Shown here: positions 17,824 to 26,916 of the stretch, one piece after another
Position numbering within the stretch: position 1 is the first letter of the stretch
How the letters are laid out: every line of letters starts with the position of its first letter
From: an uncultured Eubacteriales bacterium
Lineage (GTDB): Bacteria; Bacillota; Clostridia; Christensenellales; Aristaeellaceae
Direction: 5' to 3'
Assembly (NCBI GenBank): GCA_902799045.1
Contig: CADBZH010000011.1
Location: 118,434-182,433 of the forward strand
DNA length: 64,000 bases
The notes under the pieces: generated by a model
What the model saw: only the letters and a program-made list of their open reading frames with translations
What the model was told of the DNA's origin: nothing
Databases searched by the model: none
Position numbers and translations under genes: made by a program

Positions 17824-19845
17824 CTACTCCCTCTCGAATACCACGCCCGCGTCGCCCTCCGGCCAGACCTGTACGCTCTGGGCATACTGCCCCGGCGACC
17901 CGGCCAGGCTCAGGTACCAGCGTACGCGCCGCGACACATACACATACAGCTCGTTCAGCGTCACCGCGCCGTCGTAGTCCAAGTCGGCGCGCATGGCGGC
18001 CCGCGCCGATCGCTCCAGGCTCCAGCCGCCCGCCTCGCACAGCGCCCGGGCAAACACCGTCGCCATGGCGGATTCCGCGCCCTCGCCGAAGCCGATGCGG
18101 TGGCTGTCCTGCTCCAGCGCGGCGCTGGCGATCACCCGAAAGCGGCTGCCGTTCAGCTGCGCCGGTCCGACGCCGCCGCCGAACACCGCGTCGATGCCCC
18201 GCAGGATATCGTCGGTGCCGCTGGCCCTGCCGATCACGCCGCCGCTGCCGCAGCAGTCGACGACGACCAGGATCTCCCCCGGCACCTCGCCCAGCGCCTG
18301 CGCCAGCTCCGCCGCCGTCAGCACCGAGCCGTCGTACATCCGAAAGGACGTCATGCCGCCCTCGTAATAGCCGTGGCAGGTGATGTAAAACAGCGATACG
18401 TCCCCGTCCCGCGCCTCCCCGAAGGCCTGAGCGATGCCCGCCAGGATGCCGTCGCGGGAGGCGTCCAGCAGCGTGTTCACCCGAAAGCGCGCGCCTCCGA
18501 AGGACAGGCCGGACAGCATGCTGCGCAGCCCGGACACGGAGTTGATCGAGCCCGTGCGCACCGCCGCCACGGTGGAGGCGTAGTTCTGCTCCCCCACCAA
18601 CAGCGCCCGCCAGCGCTTCGGCGCGGGGCCCACCTCCACGTCCAGGGCGTCCGTGACGCCGCCGTCCACGCTGCGCACCGTCACGGTGCACGCGCCCTCG
18701 GCCAGGGCCCGCACCACGCCGCGCCGGTCGATCTCAACGATCCCCTCCGGCTCGGCCGCATAGGTCAGCCGCGGGTCGCTGGCGTTTTCCGGCAGCACCT
18801 CGCACTCGATGGCCGCGTCGTCTCCCACGCTCAGCGAAAGTCGCCGGGAGAGCAGGCTCACGCCCTCCACCGGCACATAGCGCACCGACACCCGGCAGCT
18901 GGCCCAAGCGCCACCCGCCGCGTAGGCGGTGATCACGGCCTCGCCGGCGCTGCGGCCCGTCACCAGTCCCTCGGCGCTCACCCGGGCGGACGCGGGGTTC
19001 GAGCTCTCCCAGTAGACCGGCCCGCCCGAGCCCTCCGGCAAGAGCGCCGCCTCCAGCTGCACACCGGAGCGCCCCGCCACCAGCAGCGCCTCGCGGGAGA
19101 GCGTCACGCTCTCGGCCAGCGCGCCCTCCACCCGCGTCAGCCGCAGGCTGTACAGGCCCGTCGCCCCGTCCAGCGAGGTCAGCCGCAGGCGATAGCGCCG
19201 CCCGGCCTGCGGATCGAAGCTCAGCAGGCACGCGCCGCCCTCGGTGCCCCCGGATTCCGCCAGCAGCGTCCCGTCCTCGTCAAACAGCTGCGCCAGCAGC
19301 CGCACGTCCGTCTCCGCCGGAACGCCGGTGATCGCCACCGTCCGCCCGTCAGGCGACTCGAAGGCATACCAGTGCGCGTCCCCCCGGCGGGCGAAGGCCT
19401 TGGAATACGCGTCCCCTTCGGCGTCCAGCGCCATGGGCATGTCAAAGCACCGGCTCAGCGCGTGGCGGGCGATCTCCAGCCGCGCCGCGCCCTCGCCGGT
19501 CAGGCGCAGGGTGTAGGTCGTTCCCGCGGTCAGGCGCAGGCTCAGCGCGGGCATCGTCCCTTCGCCCTCGCCCACCAGCGTCTGACCCTGCCAAAGCTCG
19601 GCGCGCGCCGACACCGGCCCCTCCCCGACGGGAAACAGCCAGACGTCGTACACGCTGCCGCTGGGAGGCATGAACGTGAACGCCGGCGAATCGCCCAGCT
19701 CCGCCACGGCCAGCTGCCCCGGCTCAAGCGCCACCGGCCCGTCGGCTCCAAAAACGCCCTCCGCGCCCGCGCCGGCGGCCAGCGCCAGCCCCAGGGCCGC
19801 CGCCAGCAACACCAGCGCCCGCAGGCGCGGAAGGATTTGCTTCAT
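17824..19845 (-). CDS. Secreted caspase-like (peptidase C14-type) protein with 2 PPC-like and 2 Big_2-like modules and an EF-hand-like loop
   Basis: Start at ATG 19845 (MKQILPRLRALVLLAAALGLALAAGAGA signal peptide, SD AAGGA). His motif FYITCHG and Cys motif VVVDCCGSGG. DLDYDGAVTLNE matches the DxDxDGxIxxxE pattern. Confidence 0.7.
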   Translation of the reverse strand: MKQILPRLRALVLLAAALGLALAAGAGAEGVFGADGPVALEPGQLAVAELGDSPAFTFMPPSGSVYDVWLFPVGEGPVSARAELWQGQTLVGEGEGTMPALSLRLTAGTTYTLRLTGEGAARLEIARHALSRCFDMPMALDAEGDAYSKAFARRGDAHWYAFESPDGRTVAITGVPAETDVRLLAQLFDEDGTLLAESGGTEGGACLLSFDPQAGRRYRLRLTSLDGATGLYSLRLTRVEGALAESVTLSREALLVAGRSGVQLEAALLPEGSGGPVYWESSNPASARVSAEGLVTGRSAGEAVITAYAAGGAWASCRVSVRYVPVEGVSLLSRRLSLSVGDDAAIECEVLPENASDPRLTYAAEPEGIVEIDRRGVVRALAEGACTVTVRSVDGGVTDALDVEVGPAPKRWRALLVGEQNYASTVAAVRTGSINSVSGLRSMLSGLSFGGARFRVNTLLDASRDGILAGIAQAFGEARDGDVSLFYITCHGYYEGGMTSFRMYDGSVLTAAELAQALGEVPGEILVVVDCCGSGGVIGRASGTDDILRGIDAVFGGGVGPAQLNGSRFRVIASAALEQDSHRIGFGEGAESAMATVFARALCEAGGWSLERSARAAMRADLDYDGAVTLNELYVYVSRRVRWYLSLAGSPGQYAQSVQVWPEGDAGVVFERE

Positions 19846-19880
19846 ATCTTTATCCTTTGTTGATGAGAGCGCAGGATGAA

Positions 19881-19938
19881 GGGAACAGGGAGCAGGAATG
19901 GCCGCTGCGGGCATCTCCCAACTCCTCACTCCTCACTC
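19881..19938. repeat. E-type element: purine-rich arm GGGAACAGGGAGCAGGAATG, then a loop, then pyrimidine-rich CATCTCCCAACTCCTCACTCCTCACTC
   Basis: Near-identical left arm at 31881-31901 and related ACTCC-rich arms at 24224-24290. Confidence 0.8.
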
Positions 19939-21858
19939 ATACTTCAAGTATTCCTCTTTGACGTACCCCTCCAGCTCGGCGGTATGCACGCTCACCCAGC
20001 CGTTTTCGTCCGGCTCGCCGCGCACGATCAGCCGCCGGTCCCGGGGCAGCTGCGCCAGCGCCATCGAGGCGGTGGTGGGCTGCTGGCGAAGGTTCAGCAG
20101 ATCCGCCGTCACCTTCGCGTAGCGCTCCCCGTCCTCGAGGGGCGGCAGCGGCGCGGGCGTGGGCAGCGGCGTGGGCTTGGGCCGCGCGGCCCCTACGCTG
20201 TCCGGCAGGGCGTCCAGGTCGGTCAGGCTGTATTCCGGCCACTGGATCCGCTCGAACGACAGTCCCGGATAGTAAAACGCCAGGATCTCCTGCCAGTTCT
20301 TGTTGTAGTGGCCCGCCATCCACTGCGCGCCGCGCTGGCTCATGCCCACGCCGTGGCCGAAGCGCCTGAAGCGGATCGTGAACCGCGCCGGCTCCCCTTC
20401 CGCGTCCGCTTCGGTGTCCACGCTGACGAGCTCGAAATCGGCGCTGTTCAGGCCCAGGCCGAGGCCCGCCTTGACCTGCTTATACACGTCCAGCGTCACG
20501 GTCCGCTCCGTAGCCACCCATTCCCGCGGCACCTCCGTGGGCGTGGGCAGCGGCTCGTCCGGCGCGGTGGGCATGGCGGACGCCGCTTCCGCGGGGGCTT
20601 CGGTCGCCGCTTCAGCGGTCGGTTCGGCAGTCGCTTCGGCCGTCGGTTCCGCCGTCGCCCCGGCGGTCGGCCCGGGCGTCGCCATCGGCTCCAGCACCTT
20701 CACCCGCAGCACGAAGGCCAGGCCGTCGCACATCAGGCTCCCCTTGAAGCGGGGCTTCACCGGCTCGATCGACGCGATCTCCGCCAGCTCCCATTCGCCC
20801 TCGCCGTAGCCCTCCTCGGCCAGCACGTCCCCCAGCTCCGCCTCCAGCATGGTCCTCAGCGCCTCGCTGCCCGCGCAGTCCGGCGCGATCGTCAGCTCGC
20901 TCTGCAGGCTCTTGGGGTTCTCCAGGTCGTAGGGGTCCTCGGTCATGGCCAGGTAGCCGTCGCTGCCCTCGATGCCCCAGAGCTGGCTGGGCAGCGCCGT
21001 CTGGCCGCCGTTGCTGGCGGTGTAGTAGCACACGGCAAACGCGCCTTCATACAGCCCCACCACGCCCCGGGTGGCCTCCACGGCCTCGATCACATTCGCG
21101 TACCCGGGATCGTAGCCCTTGAACACCTGGTCGGCGGTGGTGTCCACCACGTCGTATTCCCGGTCCGCGGCCTGCCACTTTCGCTGCAGCGCGTAGGTGC
21201 GCGCCGCCACGGCCTGGGCCTTCAGCGCCTCCACCGGAAAGCTGTCGCTCATCTCATAGGCCACCACGCCCAGCAGATACTCCTCCACCGGCAGCTTCAG
21301 CGTCGCCCACAGCGCGCCATCCCTGGCGGTCACGGTCAAATCGCCCGCGTACAGCGTGTCCTTTTCGCTCTGGTCGATGGTCAGCCCGTTCTCTTCCCCG
21401 TCCCCGGCCGCGTGCCGCGTCAGCGTCAGCGATGCGCCCATGTCGATCGTCAGCCCGCTGACGGTCAGGTACACCTCGCCCGCGCCCTCATACAGCGAAA
21501 GCCGCGCGCCGCGCTCAAACCGGAAGCCCGCGTCGCCGTCCACGGCGTAGACGCCCTCGACGGTGATGTCCAGCTGCTTCGGCGCGCCCAGCGACATCAG
21601 CGCCACCCGCAGCAGCCCGTCGTCCGCGATGGTCGATTCGGGCACCGGCGCCAGCGTCGCCACCGGCTCCGGCGTGCTCTCCAGCGCCTCCGCCGGGGGC
21701 AGCGTCACCCTGGCGGACGCCTCCGTCGCCGCCTCCTCGCCGCCAATCAGCCAGTCCAGGAAACCACCCGCGCTCGCCGGCATCGCCAGCACCAGCGCCA
21801 GGGCCAGCCCGAGCGCCATCGCCCGCGCCAGCCGCTTCATCCCTCTATTCATGTGCAT
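19933..21858 (-). CDS. SpoIID/LytB-domain protein with a P/T/A/E-rich linker and a C-terminal SH3-like domain
   Basis: AARTYAL, CYYTASNGGQT and FGHGVGMSQRGAQWMA motifs. Start chosen at ATG 21858 (GGAGGG 5 nt upstream, then signal peptide MKRLARAMALGLALALVLAMPASA). Confidence 0.85.
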   Translation of the reverse strand: MHMNRGMKRLARAMALGLALALVLAMPASAGGFLDWLIGGEEAATEASARVTLPPAEALESTPEPVATLAPVPESTIADDGLLRVALMSLGAPKQLDITVEGVYAVDGDAGFRFERGARLSLYEGAGEVYLTVSGLTIDMGASLTLTRHAAGDGEENGLTIDQSEKDTLYAGDLTVTARDGALWATLKLPVEEYLLGVVAYEMSDSFPVEALKAQAVAARTYALQRKWQAADREYDVVDTTADQVFKGYDPGYANVIEAVEATRGVVGLYEGAFAVCYYTASNGGQTALPSQLWGIEGSDGYLAMTEDPYDLENPKSLQSELTIAPDCAGSEALRTMLEAELGDVLAEEGYGEGEWELAEIASIEPVKPRFKGSLMCDGLAFVLRVKVLEPMATPGPTAGATAEPTAEATAEPTAEAATEAPAEAASAMPTAPDEPLPTPTEVPREWVATERTVTLDVYKQVKAGLGLGLNSADFELVSVDTEADAEGEPARFTIRFRRFGHGVGMSQRGAQWMAGHYNKNWQEILAFYYPGLSFERIQWPEYSLTDLDALPDSVGAARPKPTPLPTPAPLPPLEDGERYAKVTADLLNLRQQPTTASMALAQLPRDRRLIVRGEPDENGWVSVHTAELEGYVKEEYLKYE

Positions 21859-22063
21859 CAAAGCCCTCCATTGGCAGGTCTTGCCTGCGTATTTCCAATT
21901 CTTGCCAGTATTGGTCCCGGCTATACATTCGCCGCGAATCCAAGCCCCTCCCGCATGATTATAACACGAATCAACCGCGGATGTGGGGAGAAATCGGTAC
22001 TTTTCCGACAAATATGCGCATGTTTCGTCATAATTTCGATCCAAAGCCTGTACACAGCCCGCC

Positions 22064-22092
22064 TTGCAAGTTGTGCGAAGCCGGGCTATAAT
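22064..22092 (+). promoter_or_regulatory. Candidate promoter TTGCAA-17-TATAAT for the FHA-rodA-pbp operon
   Basis: TTGCAA 22064-22069, TATAAT 22087-22092. Confidence 0.5.
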
Positions 22093-22139
22093 GTATTTTG
22101 GTAAGTTGTCCCCATTATGCCGCGAAGGGAGGCCGCCCG

Positions 22140-22718
22140 ATGACGCAGAGCCTGTACGAGATCCTCGCCCTCGGGGCGCGCTATGTGTTCGCGGGGCTGA
22201 TGCTGCTGATCGTGCTGCGCGCCTGGCGCATCACGCTGGTGGACAGCCGCCGGGCCTCCACGCTGCGCCACCTCTCCCCCCAGACCGGCATCAGCGGCGA
22301 GCTGGTGGTGCTGGAGGGCGACGAGAAGGCCCGCCGCGGCATGAAATACCCGGTGATCCGCGAGGGCATGATCGGCTCCTCCCGCCGGGCGGACATCCGC
22401 GTGCGCCACTCCAGCGTCCGTCGCCGCCACGCCTATTTCCAGCTGACGGAGGACGGCCTCTACATCCGCACCCACGCCGGCGCCCCGATGCGCGACGCGG
22501 AGGGCCGGCCGGTGCGCGCCGTCACGCTGCCCGACGGCGGCGAATTCGCCCTGGGCCGCGTGCGGCTCCTGCTGGTGCTCACCGAAGCGCCCGAGCCGCC
22601 GCTCCGCCATCCCCGCGAGGATGAGGAGGCGGGCTATGCCGCGGACGAAGCCGACGCCTTTATGCCCCGCGACGGCGCCGGGGACGAATGGTTCGACGTG
22701 AATGACGACTATGAATAG
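22140..22718 (+). CDS. FHA-domain membrane protein
   Basis: Start ATG 22140 after GGGAGG; N-terminal TM helix; FHA-like core IGSSRRADIRVRHSSVRRRHAYF. Confidence 0.75.
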   Translation: MTQSLYEILALGARYVFAGLMLLIVLRAWRITLVDSRRASTLRHLSPQTGISGELVVLEGDEKARRGMKYPVIREGMIGSSRRADIRVRHSSVRRRHAYFQLTEDGLYIRTHAGAPMRDAEGRPVRAVTLPDGGEFALGRVRLLLVLTEAPEPPLRHPREDEEAGYAADEADAFMPRDGAGDEWFDVNDDYE

Positions 22719-22741
22719 GCTCCCGCCCAGAGGGTGATACC

Positions 22742-24037
22742 ATGGCACGAAACAAACTGGACCGGATGAAAAAGGCGCTGATGCGCTCGAATACAAATCT
22801 CTTGCTGTCGGCGGTGATGGTCTTCCAGGCGCTGGCGATGCTGCTGATCGCCTTCCAGAAGGAAGCGGTCAACCCGCAGGCGCTGGCGATGGCCGTGGCG
22901 CTGCCGCTGGTGACGTGGCTGGTGACGCGGCTGATGGGCCGCGTCTGGCCGGTGGACCGGGCCATTCTGATCCTGGTGATGTTCCTGTGCAGCGTCGGCA
23001 TCATCACGCTGTCCGACATCGCCAAGTCCGACATCACGCCGCGCACCCAGGGCCTCTACGCGCTGGGCGGCATCGCGGTGATGTTCGCCGGCGCGGCCTT
23101 CATCCGGCGCTGGCGCCACTGGAAGAAGCACACGCCGCTGTTGATGGCCCTTTGCCTCGTGGCGCTGGCCTCGCCGTTTCTGCCGGTCGTCGGCATCTAC
23201 AAATACGGCGCGCGCAACTGGGTGGGCCTCGGGCCCATCTCCGTGCAGCCCAGCGAATTCATGAAGCCGATCATGATCCTCTGCCTGGCCAGCGGCTTCT
23301 CCAACCGCCCTCGCTTCGCCCGGTGCGTCCCCACCATCGCCTTCGCGGCGCTTTGCTGCGGCATCCTGCTGGCGGAGAAGGACCTGGGCGCGGTGCTGCT
23401 GTACTTCCTCACCACCGTGTTCATGTACTACGTCGCCACCTCCAACGCCTTCATCAGCCTGGCGGGCCTGGGCATGGGCGCGGCGGCGGCGGTGATCGCC
23501 TATCGGGCGCTGCCCTACGTGCAGGATCGCGTGGCCATCTGGCAGAATCCCTGGAGCGACCCCCAGGAGAGCGGCTACCAGCTGATCCAGTCGCTGATCG
23601 CCATCGGCTCCGGCGGCCTGTTCGGCATGGGGCTGGGCATGGGCATGCCCAGGGACATTCCCCTCTACCACTCCGACTTCATATTCGCCTCGATCACCGA
23701 GGAGTTCGGCCTGATCTTCGCCATCGGCCTGCTGGCCGTGTACGTGCTGATCATCATGCGCGGGCTGATCGTGGCGTTCAACGCCCGCACGTCGTTCCAC
23801 TCGCTGGCGGCCTTCGGCCTGGTCATCATGCTGGGCCTTCAGACCATGCTGATCGCCGGCGGCAACACGAAGCTGCTGCCCCTGTCCGGCGTCACGCTGC
23901 CGCTGGTGTGCTACGGCGGGTCGTCGCTGGTGTCCACGTTCTTCTCCATGGGCCTGCTCCTGGGCCTGTCCTCGATGAACGCGGAGGACGAAGCCCGCGA
24001 TATCGAAACCCTGGAGCTGCGGGAGGAAACCGTTTAG
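22742..24037 (+). CDS. FtsW/RodA/SpoVE (SEDS) family peptidoglycan polymerase
   Basis: 431 aa polytopic protein; family motifs NWVGLGPISVQPSEFMK and GGSSLVS; upstream of a class B PBP. Confidence 0.9.
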   Translation: MARNKLDRMKKALMRSNTNLLLSAVMVFQALAMLLIAFQKEAVNPQALAMAVALPLVTWLVTRLMGRVWPVDRAILILVMFLCSVGIITLSDIAKSDITPRTQGLYALGGIAVMFAGAAFIRRWRHWKKHTPLLMALCLVALASPFLPVVGIYKYGARNWVGLGPISVQPSEFMKPIMILCLASGFSNRPRFARCVPTIAFAALCCGILLAEKDLGAVLLYFLTTVFMYYVATSNAFISLAGLGMGAAAAVIAYRALPYVQDRVAIWQNPWSDPQESGYQLIQSLIAIGSGGLFGMGLGMGMPRDIPLYHSDFIFASITEEFGLIFAIGLLAVYVLIIMRGLIVAFNARTSFHSLAAFGLVIMLGLQTMLIAGGNTKLLPLSGVTLPLVCYGGSSLVSTFFSMGLLLGLSSMNAEDEARDIETLELREETV

Positions 24038-24302
24038 TGGAGTGTGGAGTGAGGAGTTCCTGTGGAAATCCTTCGGATTTCTCTGATTGATTGGGGAAAC
24101 CGGTTTGCCCCGTGATAGAAATGAACCCCAGGCTCAAACGAACGTCATTGCGAGGAGGGCGCAAGCCCGACGTGGCAATCCGGTTCCCCCGAACCAACAA
24201 ATCCCGCAGGGATTTGCACCGCAACTCCTAACTCCTAACTTCCCCACTTCCAACTCCCCACTCCAACCCCTCGCTCCCAACTCCCCGTGGAGGTGATTAC
24301 CC
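24038..24302. repeat. Cluster of hairpins/repeats inside the rodA-pbp spacer (GGAGTG-rich and ACTCC-rich arms, UUCG hairpin, AAACCGGTTT palindrome, one B unit)
   Basis: Read directly: GAAATCC-TTCG-GGATTTC, B(+) 24144-24183, AAATCCC-GCA-GGGATTT, ACTCC-rich tract 24224-24290. Confidence 0.85.
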
Positions 24303-25709
24303 TTGAAGGAATTGCGCCGAAACATGCGCTTCGTGGGCGCGCTGGTGGTGGTCCTGTTCGTGGGACTGGCCGCCTGGTTCGCCATGACGGCCTTCACTCA
24401 GGGCAGCATCTGGGCTTCCGACGTGCGCAACAGCCGCCTGCGGGCCACGAACAGCCTCCGGGGCGACATCACCGACCGCGACGGCAACGTGCTGGCCACC
24501 ACCGCCGAAGACGGCACCCGGGAATACGCCGCCAACGCCATCGCCCGCCGCGCCCTGTCGCAGACCGTGGGCGATATCGCCGGCATGAGCGGCACCGGCA
24601 TCGAGACCTTCTACTCCGCCACGCTGCTGGACATCTCCACCTCCCTGCTGGACCGGCTCAGCGAGCTGTTCCACAGCCGGGACCACGTGGGCAGCAGCAT
24701 CCAGATCACCGTGGACGGCCCGCTGCAGGCCTGGATCGCCAGCGAATTCCCCTCGGGCTACCGCGGCGCGGTGTGCGTCACGAACTACAAGACCGGCGAG
24801 ATCCTGGCCATGGTCTCCATGCCCAACTACGATCCCTACGACCTGTCGAACCGCTCCGACACCCAGGTGGAGGACACGGCCTACCTGAACCGCTGCCTCC
24901 AGGGCCTTTACACCCCCGGCTCCGTGTTCAAGATCATCACGCTGGCCTCCGCCATCACGAACGACTCCGCCGTGATCGACCAGGACTTCAGCTGCTCCGG
25001 CGAGTGGACCTACGAGGGCGGCCGCATCGTCTGCGCCGGCGGCACGTCCCACGGCGCGCTGAATCTCAAGACCGCCTTCAAGCGCAGCTGCAACGTCACC
25101 TTCGGCAAGCTGGCCTACCAGCTGGGCCCCGAGCGCCTCACCCGCACCGCCGAGCGCTTCGGCTTCAATGAAAACTTCAAGTTCGGCGATTTCCTGATCT
25201 ACAACTCCGCCTTCCCCACCGAGTTCAACGGCATGAACGGCCTGGTCTGGGCGGGCATCGGCCAGGGCGAGGTGCTGGTGACGCCGCTGCACATGACGAT
25301 GATCTCCGGCGCCGTCGCCAACGGCGGCGTGATGATGAAGCCCTGGCTGATCCAGCGCGTCGCCAATTCCCTCGGCAAGCCCACCGCCACCGGCGTCCCC
25401 ACGGTCTATCGCCAGGTGCTCAGCGCCTCCGAGGCCGGCCTGATCGCGGAATACATGTACGCAACCGTCCAGAGCGGCACGGCCACCCGCGCCGCCATCA
25501 AGGGCTACACCGTCTGCGGCAAGACCGGCTCCGCCGAGGTCAGCGACGACAAGTCCGTCGAAACCAACGCCTGGTTCACCGGCTTCCTCTACGACGAAGC
25601 CCATCCCTACGCCATCTCCGTGGTCATCGAGGGCGGCGGCGCCGGCGCCCGCATGCCCAGCGAGCTGGCCGCCAAGGCGCTGAAAAAGGCGATTGAGTAT
25701 GTGGGATAG
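24303..25709 (+). CDS. Class B penicillin-binding protein (PBP2/PbpA-like transpeptidase)
   Basis: TTG start after GGAGGTG; SxxK (SVFK), SxN (SCN) and KTG (KTGS) motifs. Confidence 0.9.
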   Translation: MKELRRNMRFVGALVVVLFVGLAAWFAMTAFTQGSIWASDVRNSRLRATNSLRGDITDRDGNVLATTAEDGTREYAANAIARRALSQTVGDIAGMSGTGIETFYSATLLDISTSLLDRLSELFHSRDHVGSSIQITVDGPLQAWIASEFPSGYRGAVCVTNYKTGEILAMVSMPNYDPYDLSNRSDTQVEDTAYLNRCLQGLYTPGSVFKIITLASAITNDSAVIDQDFSCSGEWTYEGGRIVCAGGTSHGALNLKTAFKRSCNVTFGKLAYQLGPERLTRTAERFGFNENFKFGDFLIYNSAFPTEFNGMNGLVWAGIGQGEVLVTPLHMTMISGAVANGGVMMKPWLIQRVANSLGKPTATGVPTVYRQVLSASEAGLIAEYMYATVQSGTATRAAIKGYTVCGKTGSAEVSDDKSVETNAWFTGFLYDEAHPYAISVVIEGGGAGARMPSELAAKALKKAIEYVG

Positions 25710-25727
25710 CAAACCTCGGTATAGCGT

Positions 25728-25761
25728 TTGCAAACATCGGTTGCTTGCAATTATCGGTTGA
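25728..25761 (+). promoter_or_regulatory. Tandem 17-bp direct repeat TTGCAA-N2-ATCGGTTG x2 upstream of the DUF5655/ABC operon
   Basis: TTGCAAACATCGGTTGC followed by TTGCAATTATCGGTTGA. The second TTGCAA could act as a -35 (17 nt to TATCCT). Confidence 0.35.
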
Positions 25762-25799
25762 ATCCGTTATCCTGATATGGATCGCATCAAGGAGACCCC

Positions 25800-26207
25800 A
25801 TGCCCAGCATCATCACCCAGGACATACTGTTCTTCTTCGACGGCAGGCCGGCGGAGCTTTCACTGTACGGACAGCTGGCGGCTGAAATCGTCGCGCGCTG
25901 GCCGGACGCGCAGATCCGGGCGAAGAAGACCCAGATCGGCTTCTACTGCCCCGGCCTGTTCTGCTGCGTGAGCCTTGCGCCGGTGCGGTCAAAGGCCGAG
26001 CGGCCCGCGCACTTCATCACCGTCACCTTCGGCCTGGATCATCCGCTGGACGATCCCCGGGCGCTCATCGTGCCCATTCGGTCGAACCGATACACCCACC
26101 ACGTCCTCCTTGGCAGCGCCGGGGAGATCGACGGAACCCTGCTGGGCTGGCTGGACGCCGCCCATCGATTCACCATTGAAAGGACCGTGAACCATGCTCG
26201 AACTTAA
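25800..26207 (+). CDS. Hypothetical protein, DUF5655-like
   Basis: 135 aa; KKTQIGFY ... THHVLLGSAGEIDGTLLGWLDAAHRF pattern recalled from DUF5655 proteins; overlaps the ABC ATPase start. Confidence 0.5.
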   Translation: MPSIITQDILFFFDGRPAELSLYGQLAAEIVARWPDAQIRAKKTQIGFYCPGLFCCVSLAPVRSKAERPAHFITVTFGLDHPLDDPRALIVPIRSNRYTHHVLLGSAGEIDGTLLGWLDAAHRFTIERTVNHART

Positions 26208-26916
26208 AAACGTGACCAAGAGGTACCTGCGCCGGACGGCGCTGGACAACGTGTCCCTCGCGTTGGAGGAGGGCAAGACCTGCCTGCTGCTGGGGCCGAA
26301 CGGCTCCGGCAAGACCACGATGATGAAGCTGATCGCGGGCCTCTCCCGCCCCACCGACGGCGAGATCACCTTCGACGGCCAGGCCATCGGCAAGGTCACC
26401 AAGGCCCTCGTGGCCTACATGCCCACGGAAAACTATTTCTACAGCTACATGACCATCCGCGACATCGGCCGATACTATGCCGACTTCTTCACGGATTTCG
26501 ATCCCCGCTCCTTCGCGCGCCTGCTGTCGGAGATGGAGCTGGACGAGAAGGATCGCATCCGCCAGCTCTCCAGCGGCATGGCAGCGAAGCTGCGCCTGGC
26601 GCTGACGCTGAGCCGCGAAGCCAAGCTGATGATGTTTGACGAGCCGCTGAACGGCGTGGACATCCTCACCCGCACCCAGACCATCGAGGCCATCCTTGCC
26701 GGCCGCCGGGACGGCCGCACGATGCTGATCTCCACCCACCTGGTGGACGAGCTGGAGGACGTGGTGGACTACACCGTCTTCCTGAAGAAGGGCCAGCTGG
26801 TGATGGCGGGCGACAAGAGGGAGATCTGCGCGGGCCGCACGCTGAAGGACCTCTACCTGGAGGTCTATGGCCACGTTTCCCAGGAATCCGCGGAGGAGGT
26901 GCGCGAGCATGCTTAA
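26194..26916 (+). CDS. ABC transporter ATP-binding protein
   Basis: Walker A GPNGSGKT, signature LSSGMAAKL, Walker B LMMFDEP. Confidence 0.93.
   Translation: MLELKNVTKRYLRRTALDNVSLALEEGKTCLLLGPNGSGKTTMMKLIAGLSRPTDGEITFDGQAIGKVTKALVAYMPTENYFYSYMTIRDIGRYYADFFTDFDPRSFARLLSEMELDEKDRIRQLSSGMAAKLRLALTLSREAKLMMFDEPLNGVDILTRTQTIEAILAGRRDGRTMLISTHLVDELEDVVDYTVFLKKGQLVMAGDKREICAGRTLKDLYLEVYGHVSQESAEEVREHA

Noticed and set aside
22140-25709. FHA-SEDS-PBP cluster as a possible signalling or defence module
   Set aside because: This is a conserved cell-wall elongation/division gene arrangement. Only the repeat-filled spacer is noteworthy.
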